DNA of 64,000 bases from Candidatus Nomurabacteria bacterium. GTDB taxonomy: Bacteria > Patescibacteriota > Minisyncoccia > Phycocordibacterales > UBA9973. Shown one piece after another: positions 50,981 to 60,149 of the stretch (the stretch's first letter is position 1; each line of letters opens with the position of its first letter). The stretch spans positions 8,059-72,058 of the forward strand of contig JACKGL010000003.1 in assembly GCA_020631955.1 (NCBI GenBank), given 5' to 3'. The position numbers and the translations under genes were made by a program. The notes under the pieces were generated by a model. The model was given only the letters and a program-made list of their open reading frames with translations, made no database searches and was not told the DNA's origin.

Positions 50981-51005
50981 AAAGCACCTTAACGGTGCTT
51001 TTTAT
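50981..51005. terminator. Bidirectional terminator
   Basis: AAAGCACC-TTAA-CGGTGCTTT hairpin flanked by A- and T-runs. Confidence 0.7.
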
Positions 51006-51487
51006 ATTGATTTTACTTTTACTGTTGTTTTTCTTGATTTGTCTAGTTTCGGTAGTCTTAGTACGAGTAGTCCGTGTCTTTCTATGGCTTCTGAGTTGTC
51101 TACATCTACTTCGTGAGGAAGGGCTATGGTTCTTGAGAAAGATCCCCAATAAAGTTCTTTTATAAAATAGTTTTCATCATTCACTGTCTTGTTTTCTTCT
51201 CTACGACCGTTGATAGTCACGCTGTCTCTAGTGATACTCACAGACAAATCTTCTGGTCTTACACCAGCTACCATACTTTGTACCACTATTTCTGTAGGTG
51301 TATCATATACGTCTACAGTGAGTTGACCTTCTTCCTCTTCTTCTACAGCAGATACTTCGTCATCTACATGCTCAATACGAAGAGATTTTTGTTTCTCTTG
51401 TGACACATCATCATCGTAATCAAATTCTTCATCAAATTTGATACTTCCGGCTATTTTATTGAAGATTGAATTATTTTTTCCAAACAT
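51002..51487 (-). CDS. Hsp20/alpha-crystallin family small heat-shock protein
   Basis: Alpha-crystallin domain LTVDVYDTPTEIVVQSMVAGVRPEDLSVSI...GSFSRTIALPHEVD...GLLVLRLPK. Confidence 0.88.
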   Translation of the reverse strand: MFGKNNSIFNKIAGSIKFDEEFDYDDDVSQEKQKSLRIEHVDDEVSAVEEEEEGQLTVDVYDTPTEIVVQSMVAGVRPEDLSVSITRDSVTINGRREENKTVNDENYFIKELYWGSFSRTIALPHEVDVDNSEAIERHGLLVLRLPKLDKSRKTTVKVKSI

Positions 51488-51488
51488 T

Positions 51489-52196
51489 TTATATAATTTC
51501 AGTACCCATTCTTCTTAATTTCTCAAATACGAGAAGAACAAAAACGGTAGCTATCCAAAGGAAAGAATATATAGCTAATATATCATTTCCACCTCTTTCT
51601 ATTATAAAGAAATTAAAGGCACTATGCAATGCTATAGCTGCAAAAACTCCTACTATTGTGTATAAGTGTCTTACGAACTTTGTTTTGTAAAAAGCCAGAC
51701 CTATGGATATACCGATAGTAGCACTTGCTGTGGAGTGTAGTAGAGTAGAACCTAGAAATCTTAGTTGTCCTGCCAAAAGACCTACGGTAAATTCTCCAGA
51801 AAGATTTGGGTCTACAAGGAAGAGACTGTTTTCTAAAGCGGCAAAACCCATAGCAGCTGTGATGAAGTATATAGGGAAGTCTACTGGTTCATCCATGACC
51901 TTGCCTGGTATAGCCAATATACCTACTGCCAAGAACTTGATGATCTCTTCTACACCCGCGGCAGATATTATGCCAAATATTCCAGAGTCTGGTACAACTT
52001 GTAGTATAAACTTCTGTAACGGTATCACGAATACCACACCCAAAGCTCCTAGAATAAATGTAAGAAAAAGCAGACCTTTTGGTTCTGGGTTTACATTGTC
52101 TTCTTTAAGCCAAAACCAAAGCCATATCAAAGTAGGCAAGAGCGCCGCTACGACTATGTATAAAACTAGTTCTGGTGTTATTGGATTTGATCCCAT
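51489..52196 (-). CDS. PrsW family intramembrane metalloprotease
   Basis: EEIIKFLA, AALENSLF and HSTASA motifs in a multi-TM protein. Start at MGSNPITPEL (52194-52196). Confidence 0.82.
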   Translation of the reverse strand: MGSNPITPELVLYIVVAALLPTLIWLWFWLKEDNVNPEPKGLLFLTFILGALGVVFVIPLQKFILQVVPDSGIFGIISAAGVEEIIKFLAVGILAIPGKVMDEPVDFPIYFITAAMGFAALENSLFLVDPNLSGEFTVGLLAGQLRFLGSTLLHSTASATIGISIGLAFYKTKFVRHLYTIVGVFAAIALHSAFNFFIIERGGNDILAIYSFLWIATVFVLLVFEKLRRMGTEII

Positions 52197-54376
52197 TTTT
52201 GTACCATTAGGAGATCTTTCTCTTCTAATATCGACCAAAGTTCTTCAGTGACAAAAGGCATGAAAGGATGAAGTACCTTTAATATGTCTCTTAACATTAT
52301 AGCAAGAAAAGCTTTTCTAGAAGCTATTTGAGAAGCATCTCCTTCTGTAAATATTTGTTTACTCTCTTCTAGTATTTCTGAGGCAAACTTGTTCCATACA
52401 TAGCCATATATTTTTTCTGCACTTATGTGAAGTAGATATGAGTCCATCTCTTTTTCTATCTCTCTTACAAAGCTTACGAATTCATCACGGAGCTTTTTGT
52501 CTGACTCGTTTAGTTCATTTGTCATATCAGTAGCTTCTGTGTGAGTCACTACGAACCTAGCTATGTTCCATATTTTGTTGGAGAAGTTTCTCTGACCTTT
52601 TACTTTATCCCAGCTGATGCGAGAGTCTATACCTGGTGCTGATCCAAATATAAGAGACATTCTTCCTGCATCTGCACCATACTTCTCTGCGACTTCTAGC
52701 GGGTCGATACCGTTGCCGAGACTCTTACTCATCTTTCTTCCTTTGTCATCACGCACTGTGCCGTGAAGATATACAGTGTGGAAGGGAATAGTACCGAGTG
52801 CATAACCAGTCATCATGATCATACGAGCCACCCAAAAGAAAAGTATTTCATATCCGGTTTCAAGTACGTCTGTAGGATGATATATCTCTAGATCTTTTGT
52901 TTTCTCTGGCCAACCAAGAGTAGAAAATGTCCAAATACCAGAAGAGAACCAAGTATCCAGAGTATCTGGGTCTTGTTCCCAGCCTTCTTCTTTTGGTGTT
53001 TCAGTACTTACAGATATTTCATCACCTTTGTACCATACAGGCACCCTGTGTCCGTACCATATCTGACGACTTATACACCAGTCGCGGAGGTTGTCTATCC
53101 AGTTGAAATAAGTCTTATCAAAGTGTTCTGGGAGTATCTTTATTTGTCCATTGTCCACTACTTTTCTCATGAGGTATTTCAAAGTGACTTCTTCTCCTGT
53201 AGATATACCATCTATATGTGAATCTTTTACTGTGAAAGGTTTGTTTACGTTGATAAACCATTGGAGTTTTGGCAACGGCTCTATTATCCCACCTGTTCTT
53301 TCTGCTGTAGCTATGTTTTGAGATATTTCTTCTTCTTTTTCTAAGAGCCCTTCGGAACGAAGCCATGAGACTACTTCTTCTCTAGCTTCTGTGGTCTTTT
53401 TACCCAAAATATTTTCACCTCCAACAGTCATTTTGGCGTATTCGTTGATAACTTGTATCTTTGGTAAGTCGTGTCTTTCAGCCATGTCCCAATCTATCAT
53501 CGAGTGTGCAGGGGTTACTCCCAGCGCACCTGTTCCAAAATCTTTTTCTACAGCTTCGTCAGCTATCACTTTTATGTGTATATCAACACCACAAAAGTTG
53601 ATATCGTATTCTTTACCAACATATTCTTTGTATCTAGGATCATCAGGATGCACGGCCACAGCAGTATCTCCGACTTTGGTTTCAGGTCTAGTGGTCGAGA
53701 TACTTATAGGGAAGTCGTGACTGTATTTGAAAGTATAAAGTTTGGCTTTTCTTTCTTCATAAACTATTTCATCATCTGCTATCGTAGTCTGGCCTTTTGG
53801 ATCCCAGTTTACTATCCTGTGTCCACGATATATGAGTCCGTCATCATACATCATCTTGAAAATAGTATTTACTGCTTTGTTGCGAGTATCATCTAGAGTA
53901 AAAGCTTCACGAGACCAGTCGCAAGAAGAACCCATCTTTTTTACTTGTGAGACTATGGTGTCATGAGACTCTTGAGCGAATTTAGATACTCTCTTGAGAA
54001 GTTCTTCTCTACCTAGATCGTGACGGCTTTTACCTTCTTTCTTTTGTATTTCTTTTTCCACTTTTGATTGAGTAGCTATGGCAGCGTGGTCTGTACCTGG
54101 TAGCCAAAGCGTACGGTAGCCTTGCATTCTTTTATACCTGACCATTATGTCTTCTATGGTAAGCATGAGACCGTGTCCCATGTGGAGTACTCCTGTCACG
54201 TTTGGAGGAGGCATCATGATGGTAAAAGGTTTGGCATCAGGTGCAGTGTGCCCGTCGGATATCATTTTTTCAGGGTTGAAATAACCACTTTTTTCCCATA
54301 TTTCGTATATCTTAGATTCTGTATCTAAGTGTTCATAAGGTTTTAGTAGTTTCGGGTTTATTTCTTTATCTTCCAT
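52178..54376 (-). CDS. valS: Valine--tRNA ligase
   Basis: PPPNVTGVLHMGH (HIGH), KMSKSLGN (KMSKS), editing-domain blocks. Start at MEDKEINPK (ATG 54374-54376). Confidence 0.96.
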   Translation of the reverse strand: MEDKEINPKLLKPYEHLDTESKIYEIWEKSGYFNPEKMISDGHTAPDAKPFTIMMPPPNVTGVLHMGHGLMLTIEDIMVRYKRMQGYRTLWLPGTDHAAIATQSKVEKEIQKKEGKSRHDLGREELLKRVSKFAQESHDTIVSQVKKMGSSCDWSREAFTLDDTRNKAVNTIFKMMYDDGLIYRGHRIVNWDPKGQTTIADDEIVYEERKAKLYTFKYSHDFPISISTTRPETKVGDTAVAVHPDDPRYKEYVGKEYDINFCGVDIHIKVIADEAVEKDFGTGALGVTPAHSMIDWDMAERHDLPKIQVINEYAKMTVGGENILGKKTTEAREEVVSWLRSEGLLEKEEEISQNIATAERTGGIIEPLPKLQWFINVNKPFTVKDSHIDGISTGEEVTLKYLMRKVVDNGQIKILPEHFDKTYFNWIDNLRDWCISRQIWYGHRVPVWYKGDEISVSTETPKEEGWEQDPDTLDTWFSSGIWTFSTLGWPEKTKDLEIYHPTDVLETGYEILFFWVARMIMMTGYALGTIPFHTVYLHGTVRDDKGRKMSKSLGNGIDPLEVAEKYGADAGRMSLIFGSAPGIDSRISWDKVKGQRNFSNKIWNIARFVVTHTEATDMTNELNESDKKLRDEFVSFVREIEKEMDSYLLHISAEKIYGYVWNKFASEILEESKQIFTEGDASQIASRKAFLAIMLRDILKVLHPFMPFVTEELWSILEEKDLLMVQKWDQIQ

Positions 54377-54403
54377 ATTGGAATAATATAGCATTTATAA
54401 GGC

Positions 54404-54432
54404 TTGTTTGGAATAGGATATTATGATATATT
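54404..54432 (+). promoter_or_regulatory. Promoter TTGTTT-17-TATATT with TGn extended -10
   Basis: TTGTTT 54404-54409; TGA TATATT 54424-54432. Confidence 0.5.
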
Positions 54433-54438
54433 CTAGAT

Positions 54439-54598
54439 AAGTAGTTCATTTGGAGAAAACCCCAAAAAAGATGGAGTCGTAATTGCTTCGGAAATACCCT
54501 CAGTATCTCTGGGGAGCTCTAAAAGCATTGATTCCTTCGAACCAGTTCAAATGGACTGCAGACCACCCGGGCGAGTGAATTCGTTGCCCGGGTTTTTT
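54439..54598 (+). ncRNA. Candidate structured RNA / riboswitch-like leader upstream of dgkA (class not recognised)
   Basis: An 11-bp long-range helix (54444-54454 with 54546-54556) encloses internal hairpins, including a C(UUCG)G loop at 54486-54491. Strong terminator CCCGGGC/GCCCGGG (54566-54592) plus T6. Confidence 0.5.
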
Positions 54599-54634
54599 AT
54601 TTTATAAAAAACCTTTATCTAGTATAATTTACCC

Positions 54635-55024
54635 ATGGATAAAAAGACCGTAAAAAGTTTTAGCATAATCAAAAGAAAGGAAAGTCTTGGGCATGCACTG
54701 CGTGGTATGTGGCTTTTCTTGCGTACTCAGCACAACGCTTGGCTGCACGTAGCTTCTACTGTGTTTATAGTAGGGCTCGGTATAGCGTACAAAATATCTC
54801 ATATAGAATGGATGGTGCTAGCTATAGTCATAGGTATAGTTTTTATCGCAGAAGCCTTTAACACTGCTATAGAGATAGATATAGATCTGACTTCACCTGA
54901 ATACCATCCCTATGCGAAAGACACCAAAGACGTAGCTGCCGGTGCGGTGCTTCTAAGTGCCATACTTGCTTTTAGTGTAGGGCTAATAATATTTCTTCCG
55001 AAAATACTTGCTCACGTTAGATAG
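54635..55024 (+). CDS. dgkA: Diacylglycerol kinase / undecaprenol kinase family (DgkA-like)
   Basis: 129 aa, three TM helices, conserved EAFNTAIE motif. Confidence 0.85.
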   Translation: MDKKTVKSFSIIKRKESLGHALRGMWLFLRTQHNAWLHVASTVFIVGLGIAYKISHIEWMVLAIVIGIVFIAEAFNTAIEIDIDLTSPEYHPYAKDTKDVAAGAVLLSAILAFSVGLIIFLPKILAHVR

Positions 55025-56174
55025 ATAAGTTGCCTTGTGCATGGAGAGCTTGGCTATTCCAAGGCACAGCTTTTTTTGTATTCATAAATGCACTCACTCC
55101 TATCATCACTGCATTGTCGCCAGTGAGGTTGTGTAGAGGTAAGTGTGTAGGTATATCTATCTCATTTTTTAGCCTATCTCTCAAATGTTTGTTGGCTGAC
55201 ACTCCACCACCCACTATGAGACACTTTGGATCAAAAGCTTCTATAGCTTTTTTTGTTTTTAGTACAAGTATATCTATAGCCGCATCTTCAAACTCTCTAG
55301 CTACTAGCTTTCTCGTGTCTTCGTTACTAATATCATTTTCTTTTGTGTAATAAAGTACGGAGGTTTTGAGACCAGAATAAGAAAAATCATAATCATCACT
55401 ATGGGCCATCGGTCTAGGAAATATATTTTGAGCTTCGTGGTGCTGTCTGTGAGAGTCTGCTAGTTTGGATATTTCTGGTCCGCCTGGGTAGGGAAGAGAA
55501 AGTATCCTTGCCACTTTATCGAAAGCTTCTCCCACGGCATCGTCTTTTGTTTTGCCTAGTATTTTGTATTCTCCCCAGTCTTTGACCAAAACTATTTCAG
55601 TATGACCACCAGATACCAAAAGAGACAGAGCAGGGAGCTCTACGTTATTAGTATTGAAAAATGTGCCATCGGTAGAAAGTACAGATACTATGTGTCCGTG
55701 CATATGGTTGACCGGTATTATTTTTTTATTCCATATTACAGAAAGTGCTTTAGCAAAATTTATCCCAGCCCAAAGCGTAGGAGGTAGACCAGGTCCTACA
55801 GTCACAGCTATGTAGTCTATATCCAAAGATGTATCTATACCTATTTCGTTTACTATATTTTGTAGCAAGACTTCTTCACGACGAAGTACTTTTTTTATCT
55901 TAGCTAGTTTGATATTTTTTGATATACCAGAAAAAATATTTTTTTCTTTTTGTTTTGTATCCAACTGCGCGTCGGACAAAGTCTTTTTTAGTACTGGAAC
56001 AAGGTTCTTCACATGCTCTCTTTTTGCCATCATAGGAAAAACACCACCGTACTGGTTGTGCAGGGATATTTGTGAGGATACGTTGCTAGCTAGCACCTTG
56101 ATACTTTCTCCTTTTTTCTCTAGCAATGCTATAGCAGTATCGTCACACGATGTTTCTATCGCTAGTATTTTCAT
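55017..56174 (-). CDS. tsaD: tRNA N6-adenosine threonylcarbamoyltransferase TsaD
   Basis: MKILAIETSCDDTAIAL, HMHGHI metal site, GGVSAN motif. Confidence 0.93.
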   Translation of the reverse strand: MKILAIETSCDDTAIALLEKKGESIKVLASNVSSQISLHNQYGGVFPMMAKREHVKNLVPVLKKTLSDAQLDTKQKEKNIFSGISKNIKLAKIKKVLRREEVLLQNIVNEIGIDTSLDIDYIAVTVGPGLPPTLWAGINFAKALSVIWNKKIIPVNHMHGHIVSVLSTDGTFFNTNNVELPALSLLVSGGHTEIVLVKDWGEYKILGKTKDDAVGEAFDKVARILSLPYPGGPEISKLADSHRQHHEAQNIFPRPMAHSDDYDFSYSGLKTSVLYYTKENDISNEDTRKLVAREFEDAAIDILVLKTKKAIEAFDPKCLIVGGGVSANKHLRDRLKNEIDIPTHLPLHNLTGDNAVMIGVSAFMNTKKAVPWNSQALHAQGNLSI

Positions 56175-56619
56175 GATTACACTTTTTGCCTAAGCACCAA
56201 CAATGTTTGGTGTCTGTATGCATAATATACAACAATATTAGAGAATATACGATATGGTCGTCTATGATAGGGTTGTTCTCTGGTAGCATAAGAGCTAGAT
56301 ACATAAGCATAAGCATGATGATACCTATAGCGGCTCCTGCTCTAACATATATACCAGTGCAAAGTGTCAGTCCTACGAAAAGTAGACCCAGCATAAACAT
56401 CCAGTCTACAAAATGTACACCAGCTAAAGAACCAAAAAAATCAGCAAAAGGTCCTTTTACTCCATACGTCAGAAAGCCTGTGGTAGGAGAGCCACCAGCA
56501 AGCCAAGACTTGTCTCTAGTGGTAGCGAAGCCCAAGCCGACAAGCTTGTCTATAAATGCCCAAAGGAATACGAATCCAAGAGCTATTCTTATAATATTTA
56601 AAATATTTTCTTTTTTCAT
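56143..56619 (-). CDS. DoxX family membrane protein
   Basis: IIRIALGFVFLWAFIDKL and four TM helices. The 3' tail overlaps tsaD by 32 nt and ends in TGA. Confidence 0.7.
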   Translation of the reverse strand: MKKENILNIIRIALGFVFLWAFIDKLVGLGFATTRDKSWLAGGSPTTGFLTYGVKGPFADFFGSLAGVHFVDWMFMLGLLFVGLTLCTGIYVRAGAAIGIIMLMLMYLALMLPENNPIIDDHIVYSLILLYIMHTDTKHCWCLGKKCNHENTSDRNIV

Positions 56620-56640
56620 ACTTATATTATATCAAAATAC

Positions 56641-56862
56641 TTATCTATGTGGACAGCCGGCCCAGCAACATGGACGGCGTTTTCCTTTGGATAAGTCTTC
56701 GAGAGCTCTTTTTATATGTTTTTCTCTTGTTTCTTTTTTCTTTACAGATATTGTCCAACATATCCATTCATTGCGAGCGAGGGGAGTGATGTCTTCCCAA
56801 GTAGAAATAGCTTTCTTGTCAGAAAAGATTGCTTTTTGTAAGTCTGTAGGGAGTTTATGCAT
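56641..56862 (-). CDS. YdeI/OmpD-associated family protein (short form)
   Basis: LARNEWICWTISVKKKETREKHIKRALEDLSKGKRRPCCWAGCPHR, with the family-typical C-terminal CCW.GC.HR. Confidence 0.7.
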   Translation of the reverse strand: MHKLPTDLQKAIFSDKKAISTWEDITPLARNEWICWTISVKKKETREKHIKRALEDLSKGKRRPCCWAGCPHR

Positions 56863-56978
56863 AATATTTTGAAATATACATTTTAATAATAGCACAGCTT
56901 GTTAATTTTGAGTTTAATATAAATAGTTCGATCTAATTGTTAAAAAACACTTGTAAATAAAGGAAGCGTAAGCATTAG

Positions 56979-57007
56979 TTGATTACAAGCTTGTATATTA
57001 GTATAAT
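56979..57007 (+). promoter_or_regulatory. Promoter TTGATT-17-TATAAT for the toxin-antitoxin pair
   Basis: TTGATT 56979-56984; TATAAT 57002-57007. Confidence 0.6.
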
Positions 57008-57025
57008 ATTATCGTAGATATAGTT

Positions 57026-57229
57026 ATGAAAAAAAACTGGTCAAAAATATTTATAAAAACTTCTTCTAATAATAAAAACAAAGAGGTTTTTGATCCTGGT
57101 AAAGCTAATACAAGTAGTAAGTCTTTGACTGTTGATGTAAATACGGAAAAACGACGTAAAATTGAACAAGGAGCTAGAGACTTCGCTGATCGTTTTGAGG
57201 ATGTAATGAAAGAACTTGCAAATGGATGA
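57026..57229 (+). CDS. Putative antitoxin (67 aa) of a Doc-type toxin-antitoxin pair
   Basis: Small ORF overlapping the Doc-like gene by 14 nt; TGA stop. Confidence 0.5.
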   Translation: MKKNWSKIFIKTSSNNKNKEVFDPGKANTSSKSLTVDVNTEKRRKIEQGARDFADRFEDVMKELANG

Positions 57230-57650
57230 CATAATTTATCCTAATGAAGAAGATTTTAGAATATTCATAAATATTCTCCAACAAGGAGATTATTCAATAA
57301 AAAAATATTTACCTCATATTGATGAAAATTGGTATGATATTGTTGTAACTCAAATGAATTATGTTAAAAACACTTCCTATTATGAAGACTTGAATATTTA
57401 TGAAGTTTGTTCAAAAATTTTGTACAAAATTACTAAAAAACACGAACTTGGTGACGGAAATAAAAGAAGTGGAGTAATATGCGTTGTGCTATTTTGTTTA
57501 GTGAATAATTTTTATATAACAAAACCATCTGAATTAAAAAATCTTGCAAGAAAAATTGCAAAAACACGAGGAAGAAAGAATGAAAATAAAATTAGAAAAA
57601 ACATAACTCCAGATATAAAAAACATAATAGAATTATTATCAGATAAATAA
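57216..57650 (+). CDS. doc: Fic/Doc family toxin (death-on-curing-like)
   Basis: Motif HELGDGNKRSG matches the Doc signature H-x-(F/L)-x-D-G-N-K-R. Confidence 0.72.
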   Translation: MQMDDIIYPNEEDFRIFINILQQGDYSIKKYLPHIDENWYDIVVTQMNYVKNTSYYEDLNIYEVCSKILYKITKKHELGDGNKRSGVICVVLFCLVNNFYITKPSELKNLARKIAKTRGRKNENKIRKNITPDIKNIIELLSDK

Positions 57651-57930
57651 AGGTATTAAAAGTAATAAATATAAGTTTAAAAACTTTATTAAGATTGAAT
57701 TTATATTGTTTATTAGAGCTATTTATCTTTTTTAATTTAACCCTTCTTGAGCGTTCACATTAGCTTAATCTGTAGTGATTCATGTGGGAAGGAATTGGAA
57801 CCATATAGTACAAGACCTTATAGGATGAAGTAATATGGGTAAAGAGATACTTATTTATTAAGTGACTATTTTAGAATGGTGGATTATGGTGGAAATTAGG
57901 CTATTTATTATATAAACCAATAATACAAGC

Positions 57931-58602
57931 TCACCGTAACTTCTTGTATTTATTGTAATTAATATGGAATTTTGAAAGATTTATTACAATATTAAACAGG
58001 ATCAATAGTCCACATAATCCAATTACCGGCATAAAAACACCCGATATTGTCATTACTACAGAAACTAAGATTGCAACAACAGAAACTACAGTTATTTTAT
58101 TTTTAACAAAATCAAAATCATCTGATTTATTAAAAATTTTCTTAAAGTTGACATATAGAAAGATTGAAAGTGTAATTAATATCACCCCGATTCCAAGTAA
58201 AATTAATGCACTTTCATCTATTCCAAATTCTTGTAAAAATATAAAACCTACAAATGAAGATAATAGCCCACCAATACCAACAAAGAAAGAAGTCCATCTA
58301 ATTCTTCCAAGTAACTTTGATACTGATTCAACTAATATATTATAAGAAAGATCCTTTATTTCATCATTAGTTGGTTTAGCTCTTTCTCTATTTTTAATTT
58401 CATTTTTTAAAGAGTTAACTCTTAATTCTATGTATTTAGACTCAGTTTTTTTATCATAACCATCTGACATTGATACTGCTTTTGCCCAAATTCCTTTTAT
58501 TTTTTTGTCTTGCTCAATTTCTTCAAGGGCAATTTCATAAAGATTTTCATCTTCTTTATTATAACTAATTAAATTTAATATTTGTTTAATTTTTTTACTC
58601 AT
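57931..58602 (-). CDS. Hypothetical membrane protein (223 aa); helical N-terminal domain plus 4 TM helices
   Basis: N-terminal IALEEIEQDKKIKGIWAKAVSMSDGYDKKTESKYIELRV motif, then hydrophobic helices. TGA stop. Confidence 0.6.
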   Translation of the reverse strand: MSKKIKQILNLISYNKEDENLYEIALEEIEQDKKIKGIWAKAVSMSDGYDKKTESKYIELRVNSLKNEIKNRERAKPTNDEIKDLSYNILVESVSKLLGRIRWTSFFVGIGGLLSSFVGFIFLQEFGIDESALILLGIGVILITLSIFLYVNFKKIFNKSDDFDFVKNKITVVSVVAILVSVVMTISGVFMPVIGLCGLLILFNIVINLSKFHINYNKYKKLR

Positions 58603-58675
58603 GTTATTTAAATTATTTTATTTTAAATTGTATAAAATTAGACCTCTTCGAGCGCTAGAACAACGCTTTAATTTG

Positions 58676-58747
58676 TGACCCTACGGGGAATCGAACCCCG
58701 ATTTCCAGGATGAAAACCTGATGTCCTAACCGTTAGACGATAGGGCC
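58676..58747 (-). tRNA. tRNA-Glu (UUC)
   Basis: GGCCCTA-TC-GTCT..GGAC-A-TCAGG-TTTTCAT-CCTGG-AAAT-CGGGG-TTCGATT-CCCCG-TAGGGTC-A. Promoter TTGCAA-16-TATAAT upstream on the minus strand. Confidence 0.92.
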
Positions 58748-58845
58748 ATAATTTCTAAAAAAACTCTCTAAATGAGAGCTTGGTGATTATAACACACAGA
58801 ACATCTTTTGCAAATAAAAATGCCCCCCAAAAGGAAGGCTTTTCG

Positions 58846-59490
58846 TTAGCAGCGCAAGTACACTGCCATAGATTTTTGTACCATTGGTGGGAAGATTTTC
58901 GCAGCTTGCTCCATGAGAGCATTGCTGTCAAACTTCTTCACATATATCTTGGCATCACTTTTGTTGCTACCACTATAGCTCACCAAGAGTTTGCGAAACC
59001 TCGGGTCTTCTGTCTCTACGATAAGGTCGCGAGTGAAAGGAAGAGAATTCGTTACTCTTAGGTAGGTGAGCACCGCATACAGAGTGTCGGTCAAGTTCAT
59101 AGGTTCCAGTCTGTGGTCTCCCATAGCCTGGACACTTATAGGCAATACTGGGTTGCTCGGGACATATCTTTTGACCACCATCCAGTCTATGTTGGTGACC
59201 ACGGATTCGTCGTAGATATCCAAACATTTTTCGAAAACTATAGACTCACCAGCGAGCTGTAGTACTTCACCTAGTTCCATACTATATGGCGCTCTTGGTA
59301 TGACTATGTTGTTCACACTAGAAAGTGTGCTCAGATACTTATCAGCAGGTATGTATTTTTGGATATGTTGGAGCGTGTGTGCTCCGTATTCGAAGGACGG
59401 GTCGACAGCTTTATGTGCTGCTTGCACCTCTTCAGGTGTGATGAAGTTTGAGCCAAGTAGCTCTTTTGCAAAAGAATATACAGAGTCCAT
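58846..59490 (-). CDS. Hypothetical protein (214 aa), compositionally atypical
   Basis: Start at MDSVYSFAKELLG. The longer ORF-track version runs through the upstream terminator at 59558-59580. No motif recognised. Confidence 0.6.
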   Translation of the reverse strand: MDSVYSFAKELLGSNFITPEEVQAAHKAVDPSFEYGAHTLQHIQKYIPADKYLSTLSSVNNIVIPRAPYSMELGEVLQLAGESIVFEKCLDIYDESVVTNIDWMVVKRYVPSNPVLPISVQAMGDHRLEPMNLTDTLYAVLTYLRVTNSLPFTRDLIVETEDPRFRKLLVSYSGSNKSDAKIYVKKFDSNALMEQAAKIFPPMVQKSMAVYLRC

Positions 59491-59582
59491 TGTTCTTTGT
59501 TTGATGAACTGTCTTAACCTGAGTATAACAAAACCAGTATTATTGGCAATAAAAAAAGGCCTTCGCAAGCGAAGGCCAAAAA

Positions 59583-60149
59583 TCAGTTGAACATATTGTC
59601 ACTCGGTAAGTATATTGTACATACAACACCTCCAGTTAGTACTGGTATCTCTTGAATATTGATATAATTCCTTACCAGTCTAGTTACTACCAAAATATTG
59701 GCGAAGTCGTTATATGTCAGATGAGACGTGACCATTTTCATTATGGTTTCTTCTTTTGGAAAGCAGCTTGGATCACCCGCCAAATCAATATTCTCTGCAT
59801 GTGTTTTCCATCTCTCTGACAACACAATATCTTCTCTTGTCGTATGATCTGTTGCGAGCTTGTTTTTGAACATTCTCCTCAGAATATTAGAGGGTCCGAT
59901 CACTACAAATTCTGCGGGCCGTCTTAAATGTTGAGGTTTCTCTCTATTAGAAATGTTTCGTTCCTGGATAAGACTCTCTAATAGTTTTTCAAGTACTTGA
60001 GTACCGTATGGTTTTGGGTAGCTTTCCCAAAATTTTTTATTGGGTATCAAGATCTGAAACAAAGGACTAGTCAGGCCAAATGTAGGTGGATTATCTAGTT
60101 GTAAATACAACGATGGATAAAATATTAACTTAACAAATGATCTTGCCAT
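59583..60149 (-). CDS. Hypothetical protein (188 aa), compositionally atypical, TGA stop
   Basis: ORF followed on the minus strand by terminator GGCCTTCGC/GCGAAGGCC plus T-run. No motif recognised. Confidence 0.6.
   Translation of the reverse strand: MARSFVKLIFYPSLYLQLDNPPTFGLTSPLFQILIPNKKFWESYPKPYGTQVLEKLLESLIQERNISNREKPQHLRRPAEFVVIGPSNILRRMFKNKLATDHTTREDIVLSERWKTHAENIDLAGDPSCFPKEETIMKMVTSHLTYNDFANILVVTRLVRNYINIQEIPVLTGGVVCTIYLPSDNMFN

Noticed and set aside
54395-54600. T-box leader for valS on the minus strand, suggested by the minus-strand GGGTGGT at 54562-54568, which resembles the T-box core GGGUGGUACC.
   Set aside because: The motif lies after rather than before the hairpin. The hairpin has no U-tract on the minus strand, and no specifier-loop or Stem I architecture was evident. 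Promoter and terminator signals fit a plus-strand RNA instead.
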